NCBI GenBank assembly: GCA_964229845.1
Contig: CAXREY010000038.1
Span: 3,317 to 67,316 of the forward strand
Direction of reading: 5' to 3'
Length of the DNA stretch: 64,000 nucleotides
DNA from: Phycisphaerales bacterium UBA1924
Lineage (GTDB): Bacteria > Planctomycetota > Phycisphaerae > Phycisphaerales > UBA1924
Positions 24,072-33,383 of this stretch are shown in pieces (within the stretch, counting starts at the first letter, position 1; each line of letters opens with the position of its first letter). Below the pieces are notes generated by a model, which saw only the letters and a program-made list of their open reading frames with translations, had not been told where the DNA came from and searched no databases. A program made the translations under genes and the position numbers.

Positions 24072-25397
24072 TCATGGCACGATCAGGACGCGGCTGATGT
24101 GCTCGGCGAGCATCTCGTAGACGAGGTCGATGTCGCCGTTGGCGAGGCGGACGCAGCCCATGGATTGGTCGCCGCCGATGGAGTCGGGGTCGATGGTGCC
24201 GTGGATGCCGTAGGAGGTGTGGGCGGCGGATTCGCCGACGCCGGTGAGGCCGATCCAGTACTCGCCGATGGGGTTGTCTGGGTCGTTGGGGGCGTACTGC
24301 TCGCGTGCGTCGCGGGGGTTGACCCAGCCGGGGTTTTCGAGCTTGTTGGCGGAGACGACGAACTCGCCGACGGGTGTGCCGTCGGCTTCGCCGAGCCCGA
24401 CGTCGAAGGAGCGGATGTAGAGCCAGGATGCGGGGTCGTTGGGTGAGCCGTGGAAGATGTCGATTCGGTGGTCGGACTTGTCGACGATGGCGTGGAACGG
24501 GCCGCGGACGAGCTTGAGGGTCTGGCCGAGTCGGATCTTGGAGGGGTCGGAGATCTGGTTGACGCGGGCGATGAACTTCCAGTGGGTGGCGAGCTCGCGG
24601 CGGGCGGCGATGCGGGAGAGCGAGTCGCCGGACTGGACCTTGTACTCCTCGGTCATCGGGTCGCGCGGGTCGGCGGCGGCGGAGAACACGAGTCGCTGGT
24701 TGATGCGGGTGAGCTCGTCGCGGAGGGTCTGGCGCTCGGCGGTGCTGAGGTTGGCGTTGACCAGCGTGCGGGAGAGCAGGGCGCGGGCGCCGACGTAGTC
24801 GTTCTGGGAGACGAGGCGGCGTGCGGTGTCGAGCTGGATCTGTACGCCCGAGCGTGCGGTGTTGCGGTCCTCGATCTGCGGGCGACGGGCGGGGTTGTTC
24901 GTGGAGGTGTTGCTGGGGGTGCCCTGGTTGCTGGTTTGGTTGTTGGCCTGGTTGCTGGCCTCGCGGGTTGCGGAGTCGAGGATGTCGGTGCTGGCGGGTG
25001 TGCCCGAGTTGGGTGTGCGGTTGCTTATCTCGATGGGCTGGTTGTCGGTGTTGTTGCCGAGCACGCGGCTGACGTCTTCGCTGGTGTTGGGGCGGTTGCC
25101 GGCTCCGGGGAGCGGGCGCGTCGGGGAGTCCTCGTCGTTGCCCGTGATGGTGCTGAGGGTGGACGGGTCGCTGCCGCCATCGTTGGGTGAGCCGTTGTCG
25201 GTGTTGGAGGCGAGCTGTTCGCCCTGCTCTGGGGTGGCGTCGGCGTTGGGGCGGATGAAGAAGTACCAGAGGCCGAGGACGATGAGGAGGACGACGACCG
25301 CGGCGCCCGCGCGTCCGAGCGGGCTCTTGCGTGAGCGGCGGTAGTAGACCTGGGATGAGCGTGATGTGTTGCGTGAGGATTGGCTGGGAAGACTCAT
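24072..25397 (-). CDS. LysM domain-containing L,D-transpeptidase (YkuD family), membrane anchored
   Basis: Start at MSLPSQSS with TM helix AAVVVLLIVLGLWYFFI. LysM block YKVQSGDSLSRIA...IRLGQTLKL. Catalytic YGIHGT...SMGCVRL. Confidence 0.85.
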   Translation of the reverse strand: MSLPSQSSRNTSRSSQVYYRRSRKSPLGRAGAAVVVLLIVLGLWYFFIRPNADATPEQGEQLASNTDNGSPNDGGSDPSTLSTITGNDEDSPTRPLPGAGNRPNTSEDVSRVLGNNTDNQPIEISNRTPNSGTPASTDILDSATREASNQANNQTSNQGTPSNTSTNNPARRPQIEDRNTARSGVQIQLDTARRLVSQNDYVGARALLSRTLVNANLSTAERQTLRDELTRINQRLVFSAAADPRDPMTEEYKVQSGDSLSRIAARRELATHWKFIARVNQISDPSKIRLGQTLKLVRGPFHAIVDKSDHRIDIFHGSPNDPASWLYIRSFDVGLGEADGTPVGEFVVSANKLENPGWVNPRDAREQYAPNDPDNPIGEYWIGLTGVGESAAHTSYGIHGTIDPDSIGGDQSMGCVRLANGDIDLVYEMLAEHISRVLIVP

Positions 25398-25440
25398 CCG
25401 TGGGTCCTTTGGGCGGTGTTGAGATTGTGGCTCGGGTGGT

Positions 25441-26112
25441 TTATACGGGATCGAGCGGGCCGAGTTCTGTGATGACGCGATCGACGCGGTGATCGTGGGG
25501 CTCGGTGGGGACCGATTCGACGATCTGGGCGTGATGGCACACCCCGATGAGGGTGGGTTTGTGCCCTGCCTCGTGCAGGGCGCTGATGTACCGATCATAG
25601 AACCCCGCGCCGCGTCCGAGGCGGCGTCCGGCGTGGTCAAAGGCCAGCCCCGGGAGCAGGATCACATCGAGCTGAGCGGGATCGATCGGTGCGCACCCGT
25701 CGGCGGGGACGCGAATCCCGTATCGGCCGGGTTGGAGGTCGGTGTGCAGATTTGTGATCCGCATGGGGCGCATGGACTTGCGAGCCCAATCGATGCTGGG
25801 GATGGCGATGGTCTTGTGTTGCTCGAGGGTGGCGGTGATGAAGGGATCGAGGGAGAGCTCGGGGGGGAAGGACGCGTAGGCCAGGACGGCGGAAGCGGAG
25901 GTGATGGCGGAGTCGGCGAGCAGGTGGGGGGCGAGGGATTGGGCGTGCTCGGCCTGCTCGGTGGGGCTGAGCTCGCTGAGGCGCTGCTTGGCGTCGTGGC
26001 GGAGGGTGTGTTTAGGGGTGGTTGGGGGCACGGGGGATTCTAGGGGTTCCCTGAGCAGGCCGGAATGGCCGGGCAAGGCGCTCTGTGCTCTTTGTCTCAC
26101 TGTTCTCATCAT
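25441..26112 (-). CDS. 5-formyltetrahydrofolate cyclo-ligase
   Basis: LAYASFPPELSLDP, ILLPGLAFDHAGRRLGRGAGFYDRY. The start is ambiguous (Met codons at 26112, 26109 and 26130). Confidence 0.75.
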   Translation of the reverse strand: MMRTVRQRAQSALPGHSGLLREPLESPVPPTTPKHTLRHDAKQRLSELSPTEQAEHAQSLAPHLLADSAITSASAVLAYASFPPELSLDPFITATLEQHKTIAIPSIDWARKSMRPMRITNLHTDLQPGRYGIRVPADGCAPIDPAQLDVILLPGLAFDHAGRRLGRGAGFYDRYISALHEAGHKPTLIGVCHHAQIVESVPTEPHDHRVDRVITELGPLDPV

Positions 26113-26197
26113 TTTTGGATTCTGTTGCATCAGGCATCTGGATTGTGTTGTATCTATAAACATGCACATGATGGACACACATATTTGTCCGGCTCTC

Positions 26198-28402
26198 ATG
26201 AATCATCTCAGGAGTTGCTGTTTGATCAATCGCTCACTGCTTGAGCGTGCAGTCGAGTGCTTGCTTCTCCTTGTAATCGCCTCATCGACGGCATCGGGAG
26301 ACAGCGTTCGTTGTGACGCGGGGGACTTTGTGTGGTCGTTCACTGCGTCTGATTCTTTGGTTGATATCGAACTGGTTGATGACGTTGCGTATGTGCTCGA
26401 CGAGCATGATGGGCTCTACATTTTCAGGGTTTCTGCAGGTTCGGCACCGGACCTGCTCGGGCGTTTCAATGATCCTGAGTTGGTGGATCTTTATCAGCAC
26501 ATGGTCGTCGACGGTGATCGGGTTTATCTCAACACGCAGGTCAAGTTGGACTCCGTTCCCTTTCAAGATCATATCGAGGTTCATTTGCAGATACTCGATG
26601 CTTCGGACCCTGCGAATTTGACATTGCTGGCGACGCTTGAAGATGTGTACTCGAATCGATTCCTTGTGAACGACGGGGTTATGTATTCGATCCATCCTTC
26701 TCTTGGTAACTCCACGCTGCTGGCGCACGATTTTCGTGACCCAATGAGCCCTGTCTTGATCGGTGAGTACGAGCGGCTCACTGATCCGATGCTGCTCCGG
26801 GTTGTGGGCGATCGGTTGTTCGTCGCGGGCACCGGAAGCAAAGCCGGGATCGTGCGCATCCTTGACCTGAGTGATCCAACATTTTCCGATCCGGAACGCG
26901 TCGAGCTGGGATCGTTCGAGGCACCGAGCCCATTCAGGAATCTCTGGGTTGAGGACGATCTTCTGTATATCAGCTCTGTTGGGGAGCTGTGCATCTACGA
27001 TATGAGTGACATCGAGGATGTCTCTCGGCTCGGTGTGTACGACACGGTTGGGTCTATTGGGTCCTTTGCGGTCGCTGGCTCGATCGTGTGCATCGCGAGC
27101 GGGCCTATCGGTCTTGAGGTCGTGGATGTTTCCGATCCGAGCGCTCCGATCCTGCTTGGCACATCGCTGACGCCTGGGTATTCGACAGATATTGAGACCG
27201 TCGGTGATCACGCGTACTGCGTGACGCAGAGTAACGGGTTGCAGGTGATTAGCTTTGACGAGCCGACCACGCCTCTGCTGGGCTCATTCCAGATAGAGGA
27301 TGATGATGCGTTTGCCAATATTGCGATGATCGATATGCAGGACGGGTTCGGGTATGTTGCGAATGTTGAACGCGGACTCAAGGTCATCGATTTCAGGGCG
27401 ATCAGCTCGCCCGAGATCGTTTCAACCTACGCGCCAGAAGGGGAAGTGATCTTCGTGCAGGTCGAGGGAGACTGGGCCTACCTCTTCGTTCGTGACGAAG
27501 TACCGGATAGGTCTGGGATTCACATCGTGGACATCGCTGACCCAGTCGCACCCACCCTTGTCGGGTTTTATGGCGCTGAGCAGTTTATTGACATTGAAGC
27601 TCGCGACCGGGTTGTATACGCGACTTTGGGCGATGATGCTCTTTCAGTCATCGACGCATCCGATCCGGCTGCCCCATCGCTCCTATCAACTCTGTCGTTG
27701 GGTGTACTGGGTGCAACGATCAGCATCAGCGACGAGATGCTGTATATGGTTCAGTACAACGGGCTCGAGTCCATCGTGTTCGCGATCGATATCAGCGATC
27801 CGTCTTCGCCGATGCTGGTTTCATCGTACTCGGCCATGCCGCCGAATCAGGTGGCTTATGACATCGTAGCGAACGGTGACGATATTTATGTCACAACTAA
27901 CTTCAACGATAACAGCGGGGCGAGTTATCCAGGTGGTCTTTGTGTGTTCGATTACTCCGATCCAACGGAGCCGGTGCTCGTCGAGTTCTATGACCATCAG
28001 TTGTGGTATGGATGGCTCCCAATCGTGATCGAGGACACCCTGTATGTGAAAGATTCTTCCCGAGGGCTGAGGTTGTTTGATATCTCTGATCCGTTGTCTG
28101 TCACAGACGCCGGGGAGTTTTATTTCGGGTACTTCATGCGGAATGTGGCTGTCTATAACGGGGTCGCGTTCATCCCCAAAAGCTGCTGCCCAAACACGAT
28201 AGAGATGGTCGATGTGGGCCGGGGTTGCGGTGGATGTGTTGCTGACCTGAGCGGCGATGGGAGCCTGGATGCGCTCGATGTCACGGCGTTCATTGGCGCC
28301 TTCGCTGATCAGAGCCCGGTTGCCGATCTCACGGGCGATGGCCAATACAACTTCTTCGACATCAGCGCGTTTATTGTTGCGTTCAGCGCCGGTTGCCCGT
28401 GA
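26198..28402 (+). CDS. Secreted LVIVD-repeat beta-propeller protein with a C-terminal GC-type dockerin-like module
   Basis: Start at MNHLRS with hydrophobic ECLLLLVIASSTASG. Repeated motifs such as GLQVISFDEPTTP, GIHIVDIADPVAPTL, LSVIDASDPAAPSL, FAIDISDPSSPML and LRLFDISDP. C-terminus CVADLSGDGSLDALDVTAFIGAFADQSPVADLTGDGQYNFFDISAFIVAFSAGCP. Confidence 0.75.
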   Translation: MNHLRSCCLINRSLLERAVECLLLLVIASSTASGDSVRCDAGDFVWSFTASDSLVDIELVDDVAYVLDEHDGLYIFRVSAGSAPDLLGRFNDPELVDLYQHMVVDGDRVYLNTQVKLDSVPFQDHIEVHLQILDASDPANLTLLATLEDVYSNRFLVNDGVMYSIHPSLGNSTLLAHDFRDPMSPVLIGEYERLTDPMLLRVVGDRLFVAGTGSKAGIVRILDLSDPTFSDPERVELGSFEAPSPFRNLWVEDDLLYISSVGELCIYDMSDIEDVSRLGVYDTVGSIGSFAVAGSIVCIASGPIGLEVVDVSDPSAPILLGTSLTPGYSTDIETVGDHAYCVTQSNGLQVISFDEPTTPLLGSFQIEDDDAFANIAMIDMQDGFGYVANVERGLKVIDFRAISSPEIVSTYAPEGEVIFVQVEGDWAYLFVRDEVPDRSGIHIVDIADPVAPTLVGFYGAEQFIDIEARDRVVYATLGDDALSVIDASDPAAPSLLSTLSLGVLGATISISDEMLYMVQYNGLESIVFAIDISDPSSPMLVSSYSAMPPNQVAYDIVANGDDIYVTTNFNDNSGASYPGGLCVFDYSDPTEPVLVEFYDHQLWYGWLPIVIEDTLYVKDSSRGLRLFDISDPLSVTDAGEFYFGYFMRNVAVYNGVAFIPKSCCPNTIEMVDVGRGCGGCVADLSGDGSLDALDVTAFIGAFADQSPVADLTGDGQYNFFDISAFIVAFSAGCP

Positions 28403-29812
28403 TCACGGCTTCTGATCCCGCTCGCTCTTCTTCGCCCGTGCGTTCTCGAGGAAGGCCTTGAGGATCTTTTCGCTGCCGATGTCCTTGGGTTCGTAGTAGC
28501 GTTTGTCGACGCCGAGGTAGTCCTGGCCGGTGAGCTGGTCGTCGGCGTTGTGGCTGTACTGGTACTTCTCGTCTTCGATGTCGCGGACGCGTTGGCCGGA
28601 GCCGTCGGTGGATGAGCGGGGTGAGGTGTTGGCGTCGCGGAGGTAGATGGGGACGGGGAGGACGCGGCCGTTCTTGATGTCGTCCATGGCGGCATTGATG
28701 GCCATGTAGGCGGCGTTGCTCTTGGGAGCGCAGGCGAGGTAGGTGGCGCACTGGCTCAGGGTGATTCTCGCTTCGGGCATGCCGATGCGTTCGACGAGGT
28801 CCCAGGCGGCCTGGGCGATCATGATGCCGCGTGGGTCGGCGTTGCCGATGTCCTCGGAGGCGAGGATGGCGAGGCGTCGGGCGATGAAGCGGGGGTCCTC
28901 GCCGGCGTCGAGCATGCGGGCGATCCAGTAGACGGCTGCGTCCGGGTCTGAGCCGCGGACGGACTTGATCATGGCGGAGATGGTGTCGTAGTGGCCGTCG
29001 TCGCCGTAGACGGCGAGTTTCTGCTGGATGGAGTCTTCGGCGAGCTGCTTGTCGATGAGGAGTGTTGGCTGCTGTGAAGAGGGAGGAGGGGGAGAGACGG
29101 GCTGGAAGCCCGTCCCACTAGAACTCGTAGAGGGAGTGGATGAACGCACCGCGACTTCCAGTGCGGTCAGTGCGCGTCGGGCGTCGCCCTCGGACTTGAT
29201 CGCCCAGACGCGTTTGGCTTCTTCGGTGATTTCGATGGATTGGTCGGGAAAGGCGTCGGGGTGTTGCAGCGCGTTGTCGATGAGGGTGCAGGTCTCGTCC
29301 TCAGTGAGCGACTCGAGGCGGAAGAGGGTGGAGCGGGAGATGAGCGCGGCGTTGACGGCGAAGAGGGGGTTCTCGGTGGTGGCGCCGATGAGGGTGATGA
29401 GCCCGCGTTCGACGTCGGCCAAGAGCACGTCCTGCTGGGATTTGGAGAAGCGGTGGATCTCGTCGAGGAAGAGGATGGTGCGTTTGTTCTGCTCGCCGAG
29501 GATGCGGGCGGCCTCGTCGATGATCTCGCGGATGCGTTTGACGCCGACGGACGCGGCGTTCTCACGCACGAAGCGGCGCTTGGTGGCCTTGGCGATGACC
29601 TCGGCGAGGGTGGTCTTTCCGGTGCCGGGCGGGCCGTGGAGGATGACGGAGGTGAGGGCGTCGGCGTCGATCATGCGGCGCAGGAGCTTGCCCGGGCCGA
29701 GGATGTGGGTCTGGCCGACGATCTGGTCGATTGATTTGGGGCGCACGCGCGCGGCGAGCGGTGCGACGCGGGTGAGGGCTTCTTCTCGCTTTGGTGCCCA
29801 GAGGTCACTCAT
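28403..29812 (-). CDS. rarA: Replication-associated recombination protein A (AAA+ ATPase RarA/MgsA)
   Basis: HGPPGTGKTTLAEVIA, FLDEIHRFSKSQQD and the MgsA C-terminal motif SVRGSDPDAAVYWIARMLDAGEDPRFIARRL. Start at MSDLWAPK. Confidence 0.9.
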   Translation of the reverse strand: MSDLWAPKREEALTRVAPLAARVRPKSIDQIVGQTHILGPGKLLRRMIDADALTSVILHGPPGTGKTTLAEVIAKATKRRFVRENAASVGVKRIREIIDEAARILGEQNKRTILFLDEIHRFSKSQQDVLLADVERGLITLIGATTENPLFAVNAALISRSTLFRLESLTEDETCTLIDNALQHPDAFPDQSIEITEEAKRVWAIKSEGDARRALTALEVAVRSSTPSTSSSGTGFQPVSPPPPSSQQPTLLIDKQLAEDSIQQKLAVYGDDGHYDTISAMIKSVRGSDPDAAVYWIARMLDAGEDPRFIARRLAILASEDIGNADPRGIMIAQAAWDLVERIGMPEARITLSQCATYLACAPKSNAAYMAINAAMDDIKNGRVLPVPIYLRDANTSPRSSTDGSGQRVRDIEDEKYQYSHNADDQLTGQDYLGVDKRYYEPKDIGSEKILKAFLENARAKKSERDQKP

Positions 29813-29931
29813 ACGGGAAGTGTACGGGTGAAGGCGAAATGTGGGCTGGGCGTGTGCGGAAATTGGACCAATTGCCGATATTTTCGTGTGTTGTATGGAA
29901 CCCAAATTTTGTGAATGCTAACATACTGTAG

Positions 29932-30717
29932 ATGACCTTTCTCTGGATCATGCTGTCTCTGTTTGTGCTTGTGGTTGCAGCACTTATGTGCGGCCGCGCG
30001 TACGGCGCGAAGTGGTCGCCGTCGCTCTCGGCGGTCGACGGGTTGCTGTACTTGTTCGGGTTTGCGTATGCCCGCGGGGTGCACGATCTGCAGGTGGAGT
30101 TCGAGGATGGGGCGAAGGACGACCTGAGCGGGCCGATGATCGTGGTGTGTAATCACACGGCGGGCGTCGATCCGATTTTGGTGAGTCTGAGTGTGCCGAC
30201 CAAGATCCGCTGGATGATGGCCGAGGACATGCGTTTGCGTGGCATGAACTGGTTCTGGAACTGGGTGGGCGTGATCTTTGTGGCCCGGAATCGTCACGGT
30301 CGCACGGGGTTGCGTCACGCGCGAAAGCACCTGAGCGAGGGCGGCGTGATCGGGATCTTCCCGGAGGGCCGGATCGAGCGCCCCGCACGCAAGCTGCTGC
30401 CGTTCGCGCCCGGGGTTGGTGTGCTGGTGCAGCGGAGCGGTGCGCGGGTGCTGCCGGTGATCATCGAGGGCACGCCGACGGAGGCGAAGAGTGCCTGGGA
30501 GTCGCTGTGGATGCGGAGCAGCACGCGTGTGCGTGTGATGCGTCCGATCGATTACAAGGACAGCGGCAAGGGCAACGCGGAGATCGCCAAGGACCTGCAC
30601 GAGCGTTTCGAGCGCTGGACTGGCTGGGACACGAAGGGCCCGGCGCTCAAGCCCGAGGCGGAGCCGGGCGAGCTGCTGGCGTTCGACGAGAACGGTGCGC
30701 GGCGGCAGATCGCGTGA
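29932..30717 (+). CDS. plsC: 1-acyl-sn-glycerol-3-phosphate acyltransferase family (LPLAT) protein
   Basis: HX4D motif NHTAGVD and IGIFPEGRIE; N-terminal TM helix. Confidence 0.8.
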   Translation: MTFLWIMLSLFVLVVAALMCGRAYGAKWSPSLSAVDGLLYLFGFAYARGVHDLQVEFEDGAKDDLSGPMIVVCNHTAGVDPILVSLSVPTKIRWMMAEDMRLRGMNWFWNWVGVIFVARNRHGRTGLRHARKHLSEGGVIGIFPEGRIERPARKLLPFAPGVGVLVQRSGARVLPVIIEGTPTEAKSAWESLWMRSSTRVRVMRPIDYKDSGKGNAEIAKDLHERFERWTGWDTKGPALKPEAEPGELLAFDENGARRQIA

Positions 30718-30732
30718 GTGGTTGGTGCTGGG

Positions 30733-31782
30733 TTAGGGGCAGCCGTTCAGAAACGCCTCGACGAATGCAGAGACATCGAAGAAGTTGAACGAGCCGTCGG
30801 CGTTGAAGTCGGCGGTGGGGTCGTTGTCTGCGTAGGCGGTGAGGAAGGTGGAGACGTCGAAGGAGTCGAGGGTGCCGTCGTTAGTGAGGTCGGCGGGGCA
30901 GGGTTCGGTTGTGAAAACATAAACTGAACCAGAGTTCTCATCAATGCCATAGTCTACGACAGCCCCGACTATGGCCGTCGTTCCGTCGATCGCGACTGCA
31001 GCGCCGAAGAAGCTGCTCTTCATTCCATCGCTCGGCAGAAGTTTGGCGAGTTGCTTCGAGGTTGTTGTGTCGAAGAGGTACGCCGATCCGGAATTGAAAG
31101 CGTTGTCGTCATCTAAAAACGCCCCGACCACGGCTGTGGTGCCGTTTATTGCTACGGACCAGCCAAAGTTATCATCACTTGCACCGTCGGTCGGCAGTAG
31201 TTTGGCGATCTGTTGACCGGTGGACAGGTCAAAGAGGTACGCTGACCCCGAGTCAGCGCCGTTGTCGTCGTCACCATAAGCCCCTACAACGATTGTACTG
31301 CCGTAGATCGCGACGGATAGACCGAAAGAATCACCTTCTGCCCCGTCATTTGGCAGGAGCTTGGCGATCTGTTGCCCTGTGGTGATGTCGAAGAGGTACG
31401 CCGATCCGGATTGGAATCCGTTGTCGTTGTTTCGGTATGCTCCAATAACGGCAGTCGTTCCGCTGATCGCGACGCCAGAGCCAAAGCGATCCCAGGCCGC
31501 GCCATCTTCAGGTAGGAGTTTGGCGATCTGCTGCCCTGTAGTGATGTCGAAGAGGTACGCCGATCCGGATCGTTCGCCGTTGTCGTCATCCCTGCGAGCA
31601 CCAACGATGGCGGTCTCGCCTGAGAGTGCGATCGAGTTTCCGAACCAATCGCCCGCTTCTCCGTCTTTGGGCAAAATGATGAAGTCCTCGTTAACCACCT
31701 GTGCCCCAGCGGGGAGGGCGCACACGGCGGCCAGGCCGATTGCGGCGAGTGCGAGTCGGCGACGGGGCGTGGGGTGGATCAT
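30733..31782 (-). CDS. Secreted FG-GAP-like repeat protein (5 repeats) with a C-terminal GC-type dockerin-like module
   Basis: Signal-like RRRLALAAIGLAAVCALPAGAQ. Five units of about 47 aa: FGxSVAISGxTAVVGA...NG..SGSAYLFDxTTGQQIAKLLP. C-terminus CPADLTNDGTLDSFDVSTFLTAYADNDPTADFNADGSFNFFDVSAFVEAFLNGCP. Confidence 0.75.
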   Translation of the reverse strand: MIHPTPRRRLALAAIGLAAVCALPAGAQVVNEDFIILPKDGEAGDWFGNSIALSGETAIVGARRDDDNGERSGSAYLFDITTGQQIAKLLPEDGAAWDRFGSGVAISGTTAVIGAYRNNDNGFQSGSAYLFDITTGQQIAKLLPNDGAEGDSFGLSVAIYGSTIVVGAYGDDDNGADSGSAYLFDLSTGQQIAKLLPTDGASDDNFGWSVAINGTTAVVGAFLDDDNAFNSGSAYLFDTTTSKQLAKLLPSDGMKSSFFGAAVAIDGTTAIVGAVVDYGIDENSGSVYVFTTEPCPADLTNDGTLDSFDVSTFLTAYADNDPTADFNADGSFNFFDVSAFVEAFLNGCP

Positions 31783-31887
31783 GATGGCTCCTGTATGATG
31801 TGATTGCCGGCGTCTGGCCGGCATGTATCTATACATCTTACATGAGTTTCGGGATGACCGAAGTGATTTCTTTGATTTGGGCGAGGC

Positions 31888-33246
31888 TCAAGGGCAGCCG
31901 TTCAGGAACGCCTCGACGAATGCGGAGACATCGAAGAAGTTGAACGAGCCGTCGGCGTTGAAGTCGGCGGTGGGGTCCTGGGCGTTGTAGGCGGTGAGGA
32001 AGGCGGAGACGTCGAAGAAGTCGAGGGTGCCGTCGTCGGTGAGGTCGGCTGAGCAGGGTGATGGGACTGAGAAGACATACGCCGAACCAGAGCTGTTGCC
32101 GTTGTCGTAGTCATTGTCTGAACCAACTACGACCGTGTTTCCGCTAACCGCGACGGAGTTGCCGAACTTCTTATCCCAGAACCCGTCGCTTGGGAGGAAC
32201 TGACCGGTCTGTAGACCGGTTGTGAGATCAAACAGGTAGGCTGAGCCGGAGTTATCGCCGTTGATATCGCTACGATCTGCACCAACTACGACCGAGTTGC
32301 CGCAAATCGAGACGGAGATGCCGAAATTATCATTCACCGCCCCGTCTTTGGCTAAGAGCTTGGCGATCTGCAGACCGGTGGTTGTATCAAAGATGTAGGC
32401 CGACCCGGAGCTAGCTCCGTTGTCACCGTCATTTCTTGCCCCAATCACGGCAAAGTTGCCGCTGATCGCAACAGCTGTGCCAAAATGATCAACCCTTGCC
32501 CCGTCGCTTGGTATGAGTTTGGCGATCTGCTGCCCGGAGTTCGTGTCGAAGAGGTATGCCGAACCTGAGAGCCATCCGTTGTAATCGTCCCCGAATGCCC
32601 CTACCACGGCGATGGTGCCGCTGATCGCGACAGCATTGCCAAAGTAATGTCCATCGACCCCATCATTGGGCAGGAGCTTAGCGATCTGTAGCCCGGTGGT
32701 TACATCGAATAGGTAGGCCGATCCGGAGTCTTCACCGTTGTCATCGTTCCTATATGCTCCAACAATGGCCGTGTTTCCGCTAATCGCGACGCAATGGCCG
32801 AAGTAATCTCCTGCGGCCCCGTCGTTGGGCAGGAGTTTGGCGATCTGCTGCCCGGTGGTCGTGTCGAAGAGGTACGCGGAACCCGAATTGGTACCATTGT
32901 CGTCGTCGAGGTACGCCCCAACCACGGCTGTGGTGCCGCTGATTGCTACAGACCATCCAAAGTGATCACCAGTTGCACCGTCGTTGGGCAGGAGCTTGGT
33001 GACCTGTAGCCCGGTAGTGGTGTCAAATAGGTACGCTGATCCGGAGTGAGTGCCGTTGCCATCGTTCCCGCATGCACCAACTACGGCCATGTTGCCGCTG
33101 ACCGCGACGGATGTACCAAAGTTGTCGTAAGCTGTACTATCGTCGGGTAGGAGTTTGAAATCCTCATTGATTACTTGGGCGACCGCTGGGGAAGCGCAGA
33201 ATGCTGCGAGCATAACTGCGGCAAGTGCTAAATGTTGTGGAATCAT
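31888..33246 (-). CDS. Secreted FG-GAP-like repeat protein (7 repeats) with a C-terminal GC-type dockerin-like module
   Basis: Signal-like MIPQHLALAAVMLAAFCASPAVAQ. Seven FG...SGSAYLFD units. The C-terminus is nearly identical to that of 30733..31782. Confidence 0.75.
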   Translation of the reverse strand: MIPQHLALAAVMLAAFCASPAVAQVINEDFKLLPDDSTAYDNFGTSVAVSGNMAVVGACGNDGNGTHSGSAYLFDTTTGLQVTKLLPNDGATGDHFGWSVAISGTTAVVGAYLDDDNGTNSGSAYLFDTTTGQQIAKLLPNDGAAGDYFGHCVAISGNTAIVGAYRNDDNGEDSGSAYLFDVTTGLQIAKLLPNDGVDGHYFGNAVAISGTIAVVGAFGDDYNGWLSGSAYLFDTNSGQQIAKLIPSDGARVDHFGTAVAISGNFAVIGARNDGDNGASSGSAYIFDTTTGLQIAKLLAKDGAVNDNFGISVSICGNSVVVGADRSDINGDNSGSAYLFDLTTGLQTGQFLPSDGFWDKKFGNSVAVSGNTVVVGSDNDYDNGNSSGSAYVFSVPSPCSADLTDDGTLDFFDVSAFLTAYNAQDPTADFNADGSFNFFDVSAFVEAFLNGCP

Positions 33247-33383
33247 GAGGGAACCATTTCACTCGATAAGACATTGATATCGCCGGTTAGGCGTATGCCC
33301 AGTATACTGGATCGGGATTCGATGTGAAGTGAGATTCTGGATTTCGAAACACTGATGCTACATGAGAGTCGTCGCATAGATTG

